A stretch of DNA of 24,244 nt, from contig CALMWM010000063.1 in assembly GCA_937873435.1 (NCBI GenBank), positions 1 to 24,244 of the forward strand, read 5' to 3'. Source of the stretch: an uncultured Gallionellaceae bacterium (GTDB lineage: Bacteria; Pseudomonadota; Gammaproteobacteria; Burkholderiales; Sulfuricellaceae). Position 1 is the stretch's first letter. The number at the start of each line of letters is the position of its first letter. Positions 7,724-18,581 of this stretch are shown here, in pieces. The notes under the pieces are model-generated. The model saw only the letters and a list, made by a program, of their open reading frames with translations. It searched no databases and was not told the DNA's origin. A program made the position numbers and the translations under genes.

Positions 7724-9415
7724 ATGTACCGAACCCGAACGGATGTTGCGCCCCTCGAAAGCTCTTTCTTCAAGCTCCCGGATACCCTGTTGCTGGTATT
7801 CGCACAAGACTGGTCATTACGCATGATCAGCGAGGCGTGGTCGGCTACCCTGGGTTACCCGCATGGCGAGTTGCAGCAACGCAGCTTCCTCGACCTCCTG
7901 CACGAGGACGACCAGGCCGCCGCCATCGAAAAATTAGCGACATTGAGCCACGACAATCCCACCTTGCGCTTTTCCACCCGCTGCCGCCGCCAGGACGGCG
8001 GCTATCTCGGCGTGGTGTGGAACGTCAGCTACGACGCAGCCGATGGCTTGAACTACGCCTCTGCCCACGAAACCGCCATCAACCTCAACGGTGATGACGC
8101 CCGTCTTCCCGACATGTTCATCGACGGGCTGACCGGCCTGCCCAACCGCAGCCTGTTTCTCGATCGCCTGGAGCACACCATGCGGCGCAGCGAACGGCGC
8201 AAGGACTTGCAATTCGCCGTGCTCTACTGCGGCATCGACCGCTTCAAGGTGGTAAACCACAGCTTGGGTCACCGCATGGGCGACCTGCTGCTGATGAGCG
8301 TGGCCAACGTCATCCGCAACATCATCCGCCCCACCGACATGGCGGCGCGCATGGCCGGTGACGAATTTGCCATGCTCCTCGAAGACATCCGCGACGTCAG
8401 CGCCACGCTACTGGTGCTCAATCGCATTCAGCAAAAGCTGGTGCTGCCTTTTTCTCTCGAAGGCAATGAAGTATTCGCCACCGTCTCGTTCGGCATCGTC
8501 GTCAGAAGCCCGACCCACCATACCCCGGACGAGATGATCCGCGACGCCAACATGTCCATGGTGCGCGCCAAAGCGCAGGGCGGCGGCAGCTACGTGGTTT
8601 TTAACCAGGAAATGCACGACCGCGCGGTGCGCCGGCTGGAACTCGAACTCGATCTGCGGCACGCCCTGGAACGCGGCGAATTCCAGGCCTACTACCAACC
8701 CATCGTCTCCTTGGCGGATCGCCGCCTGAGCGGCTTCGAAGCCCTGGTGCGCTGGCTGCACCCGGCCAAGGGTCTGATTTCTCCGGTCGAATTCATTCCC
8801 GTCGCCGAGGAAATCGGCTTCATCGTCCCGCTTGGCCGCTGGATGCTGCGCGAAGCCTGCCGTCAGGCGCGGGAATGGCAACTGCGCTGGCCGGACGCTA
8901 CGCCGCTCACCGTCAGCGTCAATCTCTCGGCGCGGCAACTGCTGCATCCCGATTTGCTCGAAGACGTCGCCGCCGCGCTTGCGGATACCGGCCTTGCGCC
9001 GACGCTGCTCAAACTGGAAATCACCGAAAGCGCGATGATGGAGGATGCCGAGCGCGCCATCGCCATCCTCCATCGCCTGAAAGACATGCAGATCAAGCTG
9101 TTGCTCGACGACTTCGGCACCGGCTACTCTTCACTCAGCTACCTGCATCGCCTGCCCATCGACACCCTCAAGGTCGACCGCTCGTTCATCATGTACCTGC
9201 ACGAGAAAGAAAACGCCCGGCACTTCGTCGAGACCATCGTCCACCTCGCCCACAAACTGGGGCGCGACGTAATCTGCGAAGGGGTGGAACTGGAAGAACA
9301 GGCCGAGATCCTCGCCGCGATGGGCGCCGAATATAGCCAGGGATTTCTCTACTCGCGCCCGGTTGCGGCGAACGAAGCGGAAATGCTGATACTCACCGGG
9401 TTGGACGAGGTTTGA
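7724..9415 (+). CDS. PAS-GGDEF(degenerate)-EAL protein, probable c-di-GMP phosphodiesterase, ~563 aa. Start is uncertain (7667 possible).
   Basis: PAS (LGY..EL....F.DLLH.DD), DGLTGLPNR, AGDEF, then intact EAL motifs EALVRW, SVN, EITE, DDFGTGYSSL, KVDRSF, EGVE and QG. Confidence 0.9.
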   Translation: MYRTRTDVAPLESSFFKLPDTLLLVFAQDWSLRMISEAWSATLGYPHGELQQRSFLDLLHEDDQAAAIEKLATLSHDNPTLRFSTRCRRQDGGYLGVVWNVSYDAADGLNYASAHETAINLNGDDARLPDMFIDGLTGLPNRSLFLDRLEHTMRRSERRKDLQFAVLYCGIDRFKVVNHSLGHRMGDLLLMSVANVIRNIIRPTDMAARMAGDEFAMLLEDIRDVSATLLVLNRIQQKLVLPFSLEGNEVFATVSFGIVVRSPTHHTPDEMIRDANMSMVRAKAQGGGSYVVFNQEMHDRAVRRLELELDLRHALERGEFQAYYQPIVSLADRRLSGFEALVRWLHPAKGLISPVEFIPVAEEIGFIVPLGRWMLREACRQAREWQLRWPDATPLTVSVNLSARQLLHPDLLEDVAAALADTGLAPTLLKLEITESAMMEDAERAIAILHRLKDMQIKLLLDDFGTGYSSLSYLHRLPIDTLKVDRSFIMYLHEKENARHFVETIVHLAHKLGRDVICEGVELEEQAEILAAMGAEYSQGFLYSRPVAANEAEMLILTGLDEV

Positions 9416-9450
9416 GCCGGCTTGTCCGCTAACCGGCTAACGTTCTTGCG

Positions 9451-11058
9451 CTAAGTTCGCTCGCGGAAGTGGGCCACCACATCCCGCAGTTTTCCAGCCG
9501 TTTGCCGCAACTCCTGAACGGCATCCCTGACTTGGGCGAAGGATGCGCTGTTCTCTTCGATCAGGCTAGAAATCTGTTCGGTATTGCGGGCGACTTCTTC
9601 CGTGGCGACGGACTGCTCCTTCGCCGCTTCGGCAATCCCATTCGATATCTCCGTAACGTTCTTGCTCAACGTGGTTATCTGGGTGAAGCTGTCGTTGGTT
9701 TGCTCGATGAATCCGCGTCCCTGCTGAACCTGCTGGACGGCATTGCCCATCGTCTCCACGGTCGCTTTTGCCATCGACTGAATCTCCACCACCATCCGGT
9801 CGATATCGCCGGTAGTGGCGGTCGTGCGTTCGGCAAGCTTGCGCACCTCGTCCGCCACCACGGCGAATCCCCTCCCCTGTTCCCCGGCCCGCGCCGCCTC
9901 GATGGCGGCGTTCAGCGCCAAGAGGTTGGTCTGATTGGCGATATCCTTGACGATCCCCGTCATCGTTCCGATCTGCTCGATCGAGTGGCTCAGCTCATTA
10001 ATGTCCTGGCCGGAAGTCTGCACTGCCCCGGCAACCTGGTCGGTGGCCTCGATGCTGCGCGTCATCCGCAAGTTGCCCTCGGTAACCACGGCCAGCGTGG
10101 TTTTTGCCGAATCCGCCGAATTTTCCGCGGTCTGCGCCACCTGGGTTACCGAAGACGACAAGGCCCCCATGGAAGCGCTTACCCGGGTGATGCGCTCGGC
10201 CTGATCGCGTGAAAGCTCGGTCACGCGCTGAACTTGCTGCTCAAGCTGTGCGCAACGATTTTCCACTTCCTCGGTGCTGATGCGAATTTCGTCGATCATC
10301 ACGTGCATGTGGGTCTGGGCGATAGCCAAGCCGGCAAGCACGCGACCGACCTCATCTGGACGGTTAACCGGGATGTCGTTCTCGAGGTTGCCTTGGGCGA
10401 TCTGGTCGAAAAAGCCGATTGCCTCTTCCAACGGCGTCGCGACCGTAGCGGACATGAACAAGAAACTGCCCACAGCAGAAACCAGTGCGGTCGCACAAAC
10501 CACTGCCATCACGACAGACCAGCCTTCCAACCCCGCTAGGCCGGCGGCAGCCGCGAGCAGAACCATCCATGTCACGAAAAGGGCATAGCGCGTATTGAAG
10601 GAAAACCGGGAGACCAGGTCGGCGAGCGAAAATTTGTGGAGCCTGGCGCGCTTGTCCTTGATGGCCTGGTAGCGCCTGGCCGCGGAACGTTTTTCTTCTG
10701 CCGTCGGCTCGCTGCGGACGGACATGTGTCCGATGGTCTGGTTGTGGCTGCGCACCGGGACGATGAGCGCCTTGACCCAATAGTAATCGCCGTTCTTGCG
10801 GCGGTTTTTGACGATACCCTGCCAGGGCAGGCCGGACTTGATGGCGCGCCATAAATCCGCAAACACCTCCGGCGGCATGTCGGGGTGACGAATGATATTG
10901 TGATTCTTGCCCAGGAGCTCCTCCCGGGAAAATCCGCTAACCTTGACGAAAGTATCGTTCGCGAAGGTAATGATGCCTTTCATATCCGTTTTTGAAACAA
11001 TCGCTTCTCCCTTGGGGAAAGGGTATTCGATGTCGGTCACGGGCAAATTTATTTTCAT
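9451..11058 (-). CDS. aer: Aer-type PAS-TM-HAMP-MCP aerotaxis/energy-taxis receptor, ~535 aa
   Basis: [43 protein letters not shown] (FAD-PAS), hydrophobic hairpin, HAMP, and [35 protein letters not shown]. Confidence 0.88.
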   Translation of the reverse strand: MKINLPVTDIEYPFPKGEAIVSKTDMKGIITFANDTFVKVSGFSREELLGKNHNIIRHPDMPPEVFADLWRAIKSGLPWQGIVKNRRKNGDYYWVKALIVPVRSHNQTIGHMSVRSEPTAEEKRSAARRYQAIKDKRARLHKFSLADLVSRFSFNTRYALFVTWMVLLAAAAGLAGLEGWSVVMAVVCATALVSAVGSFLFMSATVATPLEEAIGFFDQIAQGNLENDIPVNRPDEVGRVLAGLAIAQTHMHVMIDEIRISTEEVENRCAQLEQQVQRVTELSRDQAERITRVSASMGALSSSVTQVAQTAENSADSAKTTLAVVTEGNLRMTRSIEATDQVAGAVQTSGQDINELSHSIEQIGTMTGIVKDIANQTNLLALNAAIEAARAGEQGRGFAVVADEVRKLAERTTATTGDIDRMVVEIQSMAKATVETMGNAVQQVQQGRGFIEQTNDSFTQITTLSKNVTEISNGIAEAAKEQSVATEEVARNTEQISSLIEENSASFAQVRDAVQELRQTAGKLRDVVAHFRERT

Positions 11059-11144
11059 TCGAGGCTCACTCAGCATTCAAGCTTTTAGATGGATACAACA
11101 CAACCGGGATTGCCTCAGCTTGCAGGCGCGTCCATAGGTGCCTA

Positions 11145-11837
11145 CTAGCGGCTCATGAGGACGGTACCCGCAGCGGCTTCCGGCTGGCGTTTCCCGGCCT
11201 TGCCGCGCGCATCCAGCCAGTTCTTGCCGGCGATCATAAAGCCCAGGCCGATGAAAGCGCCGGGCGGCAGGATGGCGAGCAGGAAGCCGTGGTAATCGGG
11301 AACCACGGTGATCACCCATGACTTGGCCCAGGGGCCGAGCGCCATGTCGATGCCGGAAAATAGCGTCCCCATGCCGAATACTTCGCGAATCGCACCCAGC
11401 ACGCCCAGCGTCAGGGTCAGGCCGAAACCGACCATGAATCCGTCGACTATCGACGGCATGACCGCGTTCTTGGAGGCGAACGCTTCGGCGCGTCCCAGCA
11501 CGTTACAGTTCACCACGATCAGCGGCACGAAGATCCCCAACACATGGTATAGCGCCTGGAAATAGGCGTGCATCACCAGTTCGATGATGGTCACCAGCAC
11601 CGCGATAATCACGATGAACACCGGGATGCGGATTTCATTCGGGATATAGCGGCGCACCAGCGACACCGCCGCGTTGCTGAAGGCCATCACGATGGCGGTA
11701 GCCAGCCCCAGGCCGACACCGTTGACCACGGTGGAACTCACCGCCAGCAAAGGACACAGGCCGAGCAATGCGACGATCCCGGCGTTGTTCTTCCAGATGC
11801 CGTTCCAGACGATTTCCCGGTAGTTTACGTCGCTCAT
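11145..11837 (-). CDS. rnfE: Rnf/Rsx complex subunit E
   Basis: LGLCPLLAVS, EIRIPVFI, LGIFVPLIVVNC..LGRAEAFA and LPPGAFIGLG. Confidence 0.95.
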   Translation of the reverse strand: MSDVNYREIVWNGIWKNNAGIVALLGLCPLLAVSSTVVNGVGLGLATAIVMAFSNAAVSLVRRYIPNEIRIPVFIVIIAVLVTIIELVMHAYFQALYHVLGIFVPLIVVNCNVLGRAEAFASKNAVMPSIVDGFMVGFGLTLTLGVLGAIREVFGMGTLFSGIDMALGPWAKSWVITVVPDYHGFLLAILPPGAFIGLGFMIAGKNWLDARGKAGKRQPEAAAGTVLMSR

Positions 11838-12487
11838 TTTGCGCCCTCCTTCTTGACCGTTCGGTGCGGAGAAAAAAACAGATCGTGGTTGGCCGCGGCA
11901 AAAGTCAGCGATTTATGCACCGCCTTGATTACCGCGCGCGGTGTGACGGTGGCGCCGGAACGATGCTCGAACTTGCCGCCGTCCTTCTTCACTTTCCAGT
12001 CCGTATCGCCGCTGTATTTGGCCAGCGATAGCCCATCGAACAAGGTGATCCATTTATCCTTGGCGATATCGACGTAGTCGCCCAGCCCCGGCGTTTCATG
12101 GTGATCGACCACGCGCACGCCGGACAGCTCGCCGTCCGCCTTGAGCGCGATCAGCAGCTTGATCTTGCCGCTGTAACCGTCCGGAGCGATTGCCTCGAAT
12201 ACCGAAACCGACGGTTTGCCAGCCAGCGTGGCGACATACAACGGGGTCGCGTCCTTGTTGCCGAGTTCGGGAGCCGCCGGCAATTGCGCCGTTTCCTTGA
12301 GAATATCGTTATCGTACAACTCTTTCGGCAGGATTTGCGCGATCAGTTCAAGCTTTGCCTGTTTCTCGCTTTCCGCGATGATGTCGCGGGTGGAGAGATG
12401 GGTGGCTGCCAGCAACGCCGTTCCGACGATGGCAAAGGCCATCAGGATGATGCCGGATTTGGAAGAATGTCGGAGTACGGTTTCCAT
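11834..12487 (-). CDS. rnfG: Rnf/Rsx complex subunit G, 217 aa
   Basis: ATG at 12487 just after the rnfD stop. N-terminal TM, APDGYSG.I, HHETPGLGD and SGATVT FMN-attachment motif. Confidence 0.93.
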   Translation of the reverse strand: METVLRHSSKSGIILMAFAIVGTALLAATHLSTRDIIAESEKQAKLELIAQILPKELYDNDILKETAQLPAAPELGNKDATPLYVATLAGKPSVSVFEAIAPDGYSGKIKLLIALKADGELSGVRVVDHHETPGLGDYVDIAKDKWITLFDGLSLAKYSGDTDWKVKKDGGKFEHRSGATVTPRAVIKAVHKSLTFAAANHDLFFSPHRTVKKEGAK

Positions 12488-12489
12488 GA

Positions 12490-13512
12490 TTATTTTGTAT
12501 GGCCGAATACTTTGGGCTGGGTATAAGCGTCGATCAGCGGCACCGCCGCGTTCATGATCAGCACCGCGAACGCCACCCCGTCGGGGTAGCCGCCGAATAC
12601 CCGGATCACGTATTCGAGCAGGCCGACGCAGCCGCCGAAAATCAGCTTGCCCTTGGGCGTGGTCGGCCCGGTCACGTAATCGGTGGCGATGAAGAAGGCG
12701 CCCAGCATCGCACCGCCGCTGAACAGGTGAAACAACGGCGGCGCGTAGCGGCTGGCATCGACCCCATGAAACACGCCGGCAACCAGCGCGAACACGCCGA
12801 TGAAGGCTGCCGGAATATGCCAGGTTATGACCCGCTGCTGCAGCATGAACAAGCCTCCGAGCAGGTAGAACGCGGCAATCACCTGGGTTCCCCGTCCGCT
12901 CAACGCACCGAAAATCGGCGTGTTGTCGCGGATTTCGCCCACCGCCCTGCCTAGCGACACCTGGGTCTTGATGGTATCCAGCGGCGTCGCCATGGTCACC
13001 GCGTCGAGATTCATGCCGGACGGCAGGCTTTCGCCGAAGAAGTACGCCAACTGCTGCGCCAGGCTCAAACCGTCGTGCACCAGCGGCAACGGCGTCAGCC
13101 AGTGGGTCATGTGCGACGGGAAGGAAATCATCAGCACCGCGAAACCGACCATCGCCGGGTTGAACAGGTTGTGGCCGAGGCCGCCGTAGAGATGCTTGGC
13201 GATCACGATGGCGAACAGCGTTCCCACCACGATCAGCCACCACGGCGCCAGCGGCGGAATCGACAAGGCCAGCAGCCAGCCGGTCAGCAGCGCGCTGCCG
13301 TCGGACAGGAAATACCGCAGCGGGTAGCCGCGCAGGCGCAGCATCGCCGCTTCCGCCGCCAGTGCGGTGGCGCTGGCCAGGGTCAAGCTGACCAGGATCG
13401 CCGGGCCGAAGAAATAGTAATAGGCGGCAATCGCCGGCAGCAAGGCTGCCAGCACTCTCAGCATGATGCCTGAGACGCCGCTGCCGGGATTTTGGAGGTA
13501 GGGTGAACTCAT
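12490..13512 (-). CDS. rnfD: Rnf/Rsx complex subunit D
   Basis: AKHLYGGLG.NLFNPAM, DAVTMATPL (FMN-Thr), MLGAFFIATD and GGYPDGVAFAVLIMN. Confidence 0.95.
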   Translation of the reverse strand: MSSPYLQNPGSGVSGIMLRVLAALLPAIAAYYYFFGPAILVSLTLASATALAAEAAMLRLRGYPLRYFLSDGSALLTGWLLALSIPPLAPWWLIVVGTLFAIVIAKHLYGGLGHNLFNPAMVGFAVLMISFPSHMTHWLTPLPLVHDGLSLAQQLAYFFGESLPSGMNLDAVTMATPLDTIKTQVSLGRAVGEIRDNTPIFGALSGRGTQVIAAFYLLGGLFMLQQRVITWHIPAAFIGVFALVAGVFHGVDASRYAPPLFHLFSGGAMLGAFFIATDYVTGPTTPKGKLIFGGCVGLLEYVIRVFGGYPDGVAFAVLIMNAAVPLIDAYTQPKVFGHTK

Positions 13513-15077
13513 GGTTTTTCCGACGATTGCGTGGTCTGGTCGGCGCCGCTCGGGACGTCGCTGGCCACCTGCCTGGCCTTGGCACGTTCCACCGCAGCCA
13601 GGATGGCGGCTTTCTTCGCGGCTGCATCGGGGTCGGCCGCCGCGGCGGCCTTCATCTGCGCCTGTTTCTTCGCCAGCATGGCGGCCTTTTCCTGTTTTTC
13701 GCGCGCGATGCGCGCTTCCTTGAACTCGAAGCGCTCCCTGGCGATCTCCGCCGCTTTTTTATCGCGGTCGATAGAGAAAATTTCGCTTTTGGCGAAGCGG
13801 AAGAACGACACCAGCGGGATGTTGCTCGGACATACGTAGTCGCAGCAGCCACACTCGATACAATCGAACAAGTTGTAGGCGCGCGCCTTCTCGAAATTCC
13901 TGCTCTGCGCGAACCAGTACAGTTCGAACGGTTGCAGTTCCGCCGGACACGACTGCGCGCAGCGGCTACAGCGGATACACGGCATGACCGGCGGCGCAGT
14001 CGGGAATAGCGCATCCGAAACCGCGATCACGCAGTTGATCGACTTCACCAGCGGCGCTTCCAGCGACGGCAGGTCGAAGCCCATCATCGGCCCGCCCAGG
14101 ATATAGCGGCGGGTATCGGCTTTGGCCCCGCCCGCCTGCGCGACGATCTCGCCGATGGGCGTGCCGATCAATACTTCGAAATTCTGTGGCTTCGACACGT
14201 TGCCGGTCATCGTGACCACCCGCGAAATCACCGGTTCGCTGTGGTTCAGCGCGCGATGCACGGTATAAGCGGTGCCGGTATTGGAGCAGCTCACGCCGAT
14301 GCTGGGCGGACGGCACCCGGAAGGGACTTCCTTGCCGGTAAGCACCTTGATCAATTGCTTTTCGCCGCCGGTAGGGTAGAGCGTCGGCACCGCAACCACT
14401 TCGTAATTCGTCCCCTGGCAAGCCTTGCGCATTGCCGCGATGGCTTCCGGCTTGTTGTCCTCGATGCCGATCAGCACTTCTTCGGGCTGGATCATGTGCG
14501 CCATGATCTTGATGCCTTCGACGATCTCTCCGGCACGTTCGCGCATCAACATATCGTCGGAGGTGATCCACGGTTCGCACTCGGCACCGTTGACTACCAG
14601 AGTGTGAATTTTCTGCTGCGTCCCGGAATCAAGTTTGACGTGCGTCGGAAATACCGCGCCCCCCAAGCCGACTACCCCGGCATCGCGCAACCGCTCGCCC
14701 AGCGTGGCGGGATCGACGTTGCGGTAATCTATCGGCTGGCGCTCCATCCAGCGGTCTTCCCCGTCTGCGGCGATGATCACGCACAAATCCGGCATCCCCG
14801 AAGCGTGCGGCACCGCATGGTTTTCCAGCGCCACCACACGGCCCGAGGTCGGTGCATGGAGCGCGGCAGAAACCGGGCCGGCAGCCTGGGCGATCATCTG
14901 GCCTTTCAGCACCAGGTCGCCGGGCTGCACGATCGGCCTGGCGGGCGTGCCGATATGCTGGCGCAGCGGCACGATCAGCCGCGCGGGCAGCGGCGCGGGG
15001 GCTATCGGCAGGCGGTTGGATTCATCCTTGTTCTGCGGGGGATGGACACCGCCGTGAAATGTGGACAAAGTTCTCAC
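13509..15077 (-). CDS. rnfC: Rnf/Rsx complex subunit C, 522 aa (GTG start overlapping the rnfB stop)
   Basis: [45 protein letters not shown] and [12 protein letters not shown]. Short Ala/Lys tail with one KAAI.AAV.RAKAR unit. Confidence 0.95.
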   Translation of the reverse strand: MRTLSTFHGGVHPPQNKDESNRLPIAPAPLPARLIVPLRQHIGTPARPIVQPGDLVLKGQMIAQAAGPVSAALHAPTSGRVVALENHAVPHASGMPDLCVIIAADGEDRWMERQPIDYRNVDPATLGERLRDAGVVGLGGAVFPTHVKLDSGTQQKIHTLVVNGAECEPWITSDDMLMRERAGEIVEGIKIMAHMIQPEEVLIGIEDNKPEAIAAMRKACQGTNYEVVAVPTLYPTGGEKQLIKVLTGKEVPSGCRPPSIGVSCSNTGTAYTVHRALNHSEPVISRVVTMTGNVSKPQNFEVLIGTPIGEIVAQAGGAKADTRRYILGGPMMGFDLPSLEAPLVKSINCVIAVSDALFPTAPPVMPCIRCSRCAQSCPAELQPFELYWFAQSRNFEKARAYNLFDCIECGCCDYVCPSNIPLVSFFRFAKSEIFSIDRDKKAAEIARERFEFKEARIAREKQEKAAMLAKKQAQMKAAAAADPDAAAKKAAILAAVERAKARQVASDVPSGADQTTQSSEKP

Positions 15078-15652
15078 GGTTGACCTTCTGATTCGGCAGC
15101 GATGTTCTGGAGTGGGATTACCGGGTACCGCCACTTCCAGGAAGCGATATCCTCCTTGATCGGCACCATCGTTATACAATCCACCGGGCATACCGGCACG
15201 CATTTTTCGCAACCGGTGCAATAGTCCGGCAGGATGGTGTGCATCAACTTCGACGCGCCCAGGATGGCATCCTGCGGGCAGGGTTTCAGACAGGCGGTAC
15301 AGCCGATGCACAGGCTTTCATCGATAAAGGCCACTTGTTTGGGTTTCGGCCCGCTGTCGGCATCATCGCCACCGACCGGCTTGAACTCGACACCCATCAA
15401 CTCGGAAATGCCCTTCGCCACCGCATTGCCGCCCGGGATGCACAGATTGATCTCCGCCTCGCCCTTGGCTACCGCCTCGGCGTAAGGGGCGCAGCCAGGA
15501 TAGCCGCACTGGCCGCATTGGGTCTGCGGCAGGATGGCTCCGACCTGCTCGATCAGCGGATTGCCTTCCACCTTGAACTTGAGCGCGGCGAAGCCGAGAA
15601 TGGCGCCCAGCAAGATGGCCAGACCGGCCATGACGAGAATAGCGACTAGCAT
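15074..15652 (-). CDS. rnfB: Rnf/Rsx complex subunit B
   Basis: [21 protein letters not shown] and two ferredoxin motifs ([24 protein letters not shown]). Confidence 0.95.
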   Translation of the reverse strand: MLVAILVMAGLAILLGAILGFAALKFKVEGNPLIEQVGAILPQTQCGQCGYPGCAPYAEAVAKGEAEINLCIPGGNAVAKGISELMGVEFKPVGGDDADSGPKPKQVAFIDESLCIGCTACLKPCPQDAILGASKLMHTILPDYCTGCEKCVPVCPVDCITMVPIKEDIASWKWRYPVIPLQNIAAESEGQP

Positions 15653-15668
15653 AAAGAGTGGCGCGGCC

Positions 15669-16247
15669 CTATTTGATCAAACCGGAAAAGCCCATGTAGG
15701 CGAGGCTCAACAGCCCCGCCGTCACCATGGCGATCGGCGCCCCCTTGAACGGCTGCGGCACTGCGGCGCCGTCGAGACGCTCGCGCATCGCGGCAAACAA
15801 GGTCAGCACCAGCGCGAAGCCCAGCGCCCCGCCCAAGCCGTATAGCAGCGACTCGACGAAATTGTGATTCTCCTGCACGTTGAGCAACGGCACGCCGAGC
15901 ACCGCGCAGTTGGTGGTGATCAGCGGCAGATAGATGCCCAGCGACTGGTAAAGCCCCGGACTGGACTTGCGGATGAACATCTCGGTGAACTGTACGATGG
16001 AGGCGATCACCACGATGAAAGACAGAGTGCGCAGATAGGCAAGGTCGTTCGGCACCAGCAGGTAGACATCCACCGCGTAGCTCAAGCCGGAAGCCAGCGT
16101 CAACACGAACGCCGTTGCCGCACTCATGCCGACCGCGGCGTCGAGCTTCTTGGATACGCCCATGAAAGGGCACAGGCCGAGCACCTTGACCAGCACGATG
16201 TTGTTGACCAAAACCGTGGCGAGCAGAATCAGCAGAAAATGTTCCAT
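15669..16247 (-). CDS. rnfA: Rnf/Rsx complex subunit A
   Basis: VNNIVL...[26 protein letters not shown] and LFAAMRERL. Confidence 0.95.
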   Translation of the reverse strand: MEHFLLILLATVLVNNIVLVKVLGLCPFMGVSKKLDAAVGMSAATAFVLTLASGLSYAVDVYLLVPNDLAYLRTLSFIVVIASIVQFTEMFIRKSSPGLYQSLGIYLPLITTNCAVLGVPLLNVQENHNFVESLLYGLGGALGFALVLTLFAAMRERLDGAAVPQPFKGAPIAMVTAGLLSLAYMGFSGLIK

Positions 16248-16316
16248 TTATCCTTTGCCAAAACGAAATTCTCAGCGTTACATTGTCAGGCAAAAGAGGC
16301 ATCGCCGCAACATCAA

Positions 16317-16337
16317 TCTTATAGCCCAGCTATAAGA
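16317..16337. promoter_or_regulatory. Perfect AT-rich palindrome, candidate operator upstream of rnfA
   Basis: TCTTATAGC-CCA-GCTATAAGA (9-3-9), ~70 nt upstream of the rnfA ATG. Confidence 0.5.
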
Positions 16338-16403
16338 CACCGCCACAACAATACACAATAATTACTTGCACTTAGCCGAACATCTCAGCAAAAAAAACAT
16401 TGC

Positions 16404-17516
16404 TCAAAGCAGGGCTTTTTGCGGCTCGCAATAGGTATAACCCAAGTCTTCCGCGACACGCGGGTGCGTCACCTCTCCGAGACACAGATTGAGTCCGTCG
16501 CGCAATCCGGGATTGTCGGTGAGTGCCTGACGCCAACCGGAACCGGCTAACTGCACGGCATAAGGCAAGGTGGCATTGGTCAGCGCGTGGGTCGAAGTGC
16601 GCGCGCAGGCAGCCGGCATGTTGGTCACGCAATAATGCACCACGCCTTCCTCGACGTAGGTCGGCTGGCTATGGGTGGTAGGACGCGAGGTTTCCGCGCA
16701 GCCGCCCTGGTCTATCGCCACGTCCACCAGCACCGCGCCCGGAGTCATGGATTGAACCATCTTGCGCGACAGCAGCCGCGGCGCGCGCTTGCCGGGGATC
16801 AGCACCGACCCCACCACCAGATCCGCGCCGCTTACCAGTTCCTCTATCGCCTGCATCTCCGAGTAAAGGGTTTTCAGGCGCGGCCCGAAGACGTCGTCGA
16901 GATAACGCAGGCGGTTCAAATTGATGTCCAGGATGGTCACGTCGGCGCCGGCGCCCAGCGCCATCCGGGCCGCTTGGGTACCCACCGTGCCGGCGCCCAG
17001 CACCACCACGCGAGCCGGCGCCACGCCGGCCACGCCGCCCAGCAGTACACCGTTGCCGCCGTTGGCCAGTTGCAGCGCGGTCGCACCGGCCTGGATGGCG
17101 ATGCGCCCCGCCACTTCCGACATCGGCGTCAACAACGGCAAACCGCCCTGCGCATCGGTCACCGTCTCGTAGGCGATGGCGACGATCCGCCGTTCCAGCA
17201 GACGCGCCGTCAGATCCGGCGCGGACGCCAGGTGAAAATAAGTGAACAGCACTTGTCCCGAGTGCAACAGCGGCAACTCCGCCGCCTGCGGCTCCTTGAC
17301 CTTGACCACCAGCGGGCAAGCGTAAACTTCGGCGGCGCTAGCGGCGATGCGCGCTCCTGCCGCAACATAGTGCTCATCGGAAAAGCCGATCCGCTGGCCC
17401 GCCCCGCTTTGTACCAGCACCTCGTGCCCAGCCGCCGTCAGCGCCCGCGCGCCGCCCGGCGTCACCCCGACACGATATTCGTGATCCTTGATCTCCTTGG
17501 GAACACCGATCAGCAT
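16404..17516 (-). CDS. ald: Alanine dehydrogenase, 370 aa
   Basis: IGVPKEIK.HEYRV, KVKEP, FTYFHLA, PMSEVAGR, DVAIDQGGC and YCVTNMP. Confidence 0.95.
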   Translation of the reverse strand: MLIGVPKEIKDHEYRVGVTPGGARALTAAGHEVLVQSGAGQRIGFSDEHYVAAGARIAASAAEVYACPLVVKVKEPQAAELPLLHSGQVLFTYFHLASAPDLTARLLERRIVAIAYETVTDAQGGLPLLTPMSEVAGRIAIQAGATALQLANGGNGVLLGGVAGVAPARVVVLGAGTVGTQAARMALGAGADVTILDINLNRLRYLDDVFGPRLKTLYSEMQAIEELVSGADLVVGSVLIPGKRAPRLLSRKMVQSMTPGAVLVDVAIDQGGCAETSRPTTHSQPTYVEEGVVHYCVTNMPAACARTSTHALTNATLPYAVQLAGSGWRQALTDNPGLRDGLNLCLGEVTHPRVAEDLGYTYCEPQKALL

Positions 17517-17520
17517 GGGG

Positions 17521-18534
17521 TTATCCGATTTCCCGGCAAATTTCCCGGATCAGGCCGGGGCCGCGATAGATCAGTCCGCTGTAGATTTGCACCAGATCGG
17601 CGCCGGCAGCCAGCTTCTCTTCGGCATCCAGCGCACTCATGATGCCGCCCACCCCGATAATCGGTATTTTTCCTTCCAGCGCCATGCTCAGCTGCTTGAC
17701 CACCAGGCTGGACTTGGATCGAACCGGCGTACCGCTCAGGCCGCCGGTTTCCTCGCCATGCTCCAGCCCCTCGACACCCTTGCGCGCCAGGGTAGTGTTG
17801 GTGGCGATCACGCCATCGATTTCATACTGCAACAGCAAATCGGCAATCGCGATGATCTGCTCGGTATCCAGGTCGGGGGCAATTTTCAGCGCCAGCGGCA
17901 CATATTTGCCGTGCTGCTGCGCCAGTTTGAGCTGTTCTTCCTTGAGCTGGCCGAGCAGCTTGCCGAGTTCGTCAGATTGCTGGAGCTGACGCAGGTTCTT
18001 GGTGTTGGGCGAAGATATATTCACCGTCACGTAGCTGGCATGGGTGTAGACCTTGCGCAGCCCGATCAGGTAATCCTCCGCAGCCTGTTCGATCGGGGTA
18101 TCGAAATTCTTGCCGATATTGATCCCGAGAATGCCGCGATACTCCGCCCGGCGGACATTTTCCAGCAGGTTGTCGACCCCCAGGTTGTTGAACCCCATGC
18201 GATTGATGATGGCGTTCGCCTGCGGCAGGCGGAACAGGCGCGGCTTGGGATTACCCGGCTGCGGGCGTGGCGTGACCGTGCCGATTTCGATGAAACCAAA
18301 GCCCAGCGCAGCGAGCGCGGCTATGCAGGCGCCGTCCTTGTCCAGCCCGGCGGCCAGCCCGACCGGATTGGGAAAGGTCAGCCCCATCACGGTACGCGGC
18401 TTGGTAGCGGGCACACTGCCCAGCAAACCGAGCAACCCGGTCTTGCGCAGCAGGTTCAAGCCATCCAGCGTCAGGTTGTGGGCGGTTTCCGGGTCAAGAC
18501 GAAACAATAGGGGGCGAATCAGAGAATAGAGCAT
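17521..18534 (-). CDS. pyrD: Quinone-dependent dihydroorotate dehydrogenase (class 2), 337 aa
   Basis: [46 protein letters not shown] and GGLSG. Confidence 0.96.
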   Translation of the reverse strand: MLYSLIRPLLFRLDPETAHNLTLDGLNLLRKTGLLGLLGSVPATKPRTVMGLTFPNPVGLAAGLDKDGACIAALAALGFGFIEIGTVTPRPQPGNPKPRLFRLPQANAIINRMGFNNLGVDNLLENVRRAEYRGILGINIGKNFDTPIEQAAEDYLIGLRKVYTHASYVTVNISSPNTKNLRQLQQSDELGKLLGQLKEEQLKLAQQHGKYVPLALKIAPDLDTEQIIAIADLLLQYEIDGVIATNTTLARKGVEGLEHGEETGGLSGTPVRSKSSLVVKQLSMALEGKIPIIGVGGIMSALDAEEKLAAGADLVQIYSGLIYRGPGLIREICREIG

Positions 18535-18581
18535 GGTAAGAATTTGGTTGTTCTTGGATCAGGTGCGAAGCGCATTCCACA

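Noticed and set aside
9416-9450. AGCCGG-N12-CCGGCT between the convergent EAL and aer genes as a terminator
   Set aside because: It has only a 6-bp stem, a long loop and no U-tract on either strand.
11834-15311. ORF-track calls of 597 aa (11834-13627) and 600 aa (13509-15311) suggesting fusions or long N-termini
   Set aside because: These are upstream extensions overlapping rnfD and rnfB in other frames. The real RnfG starts at 12487 and RnfC at 15077.
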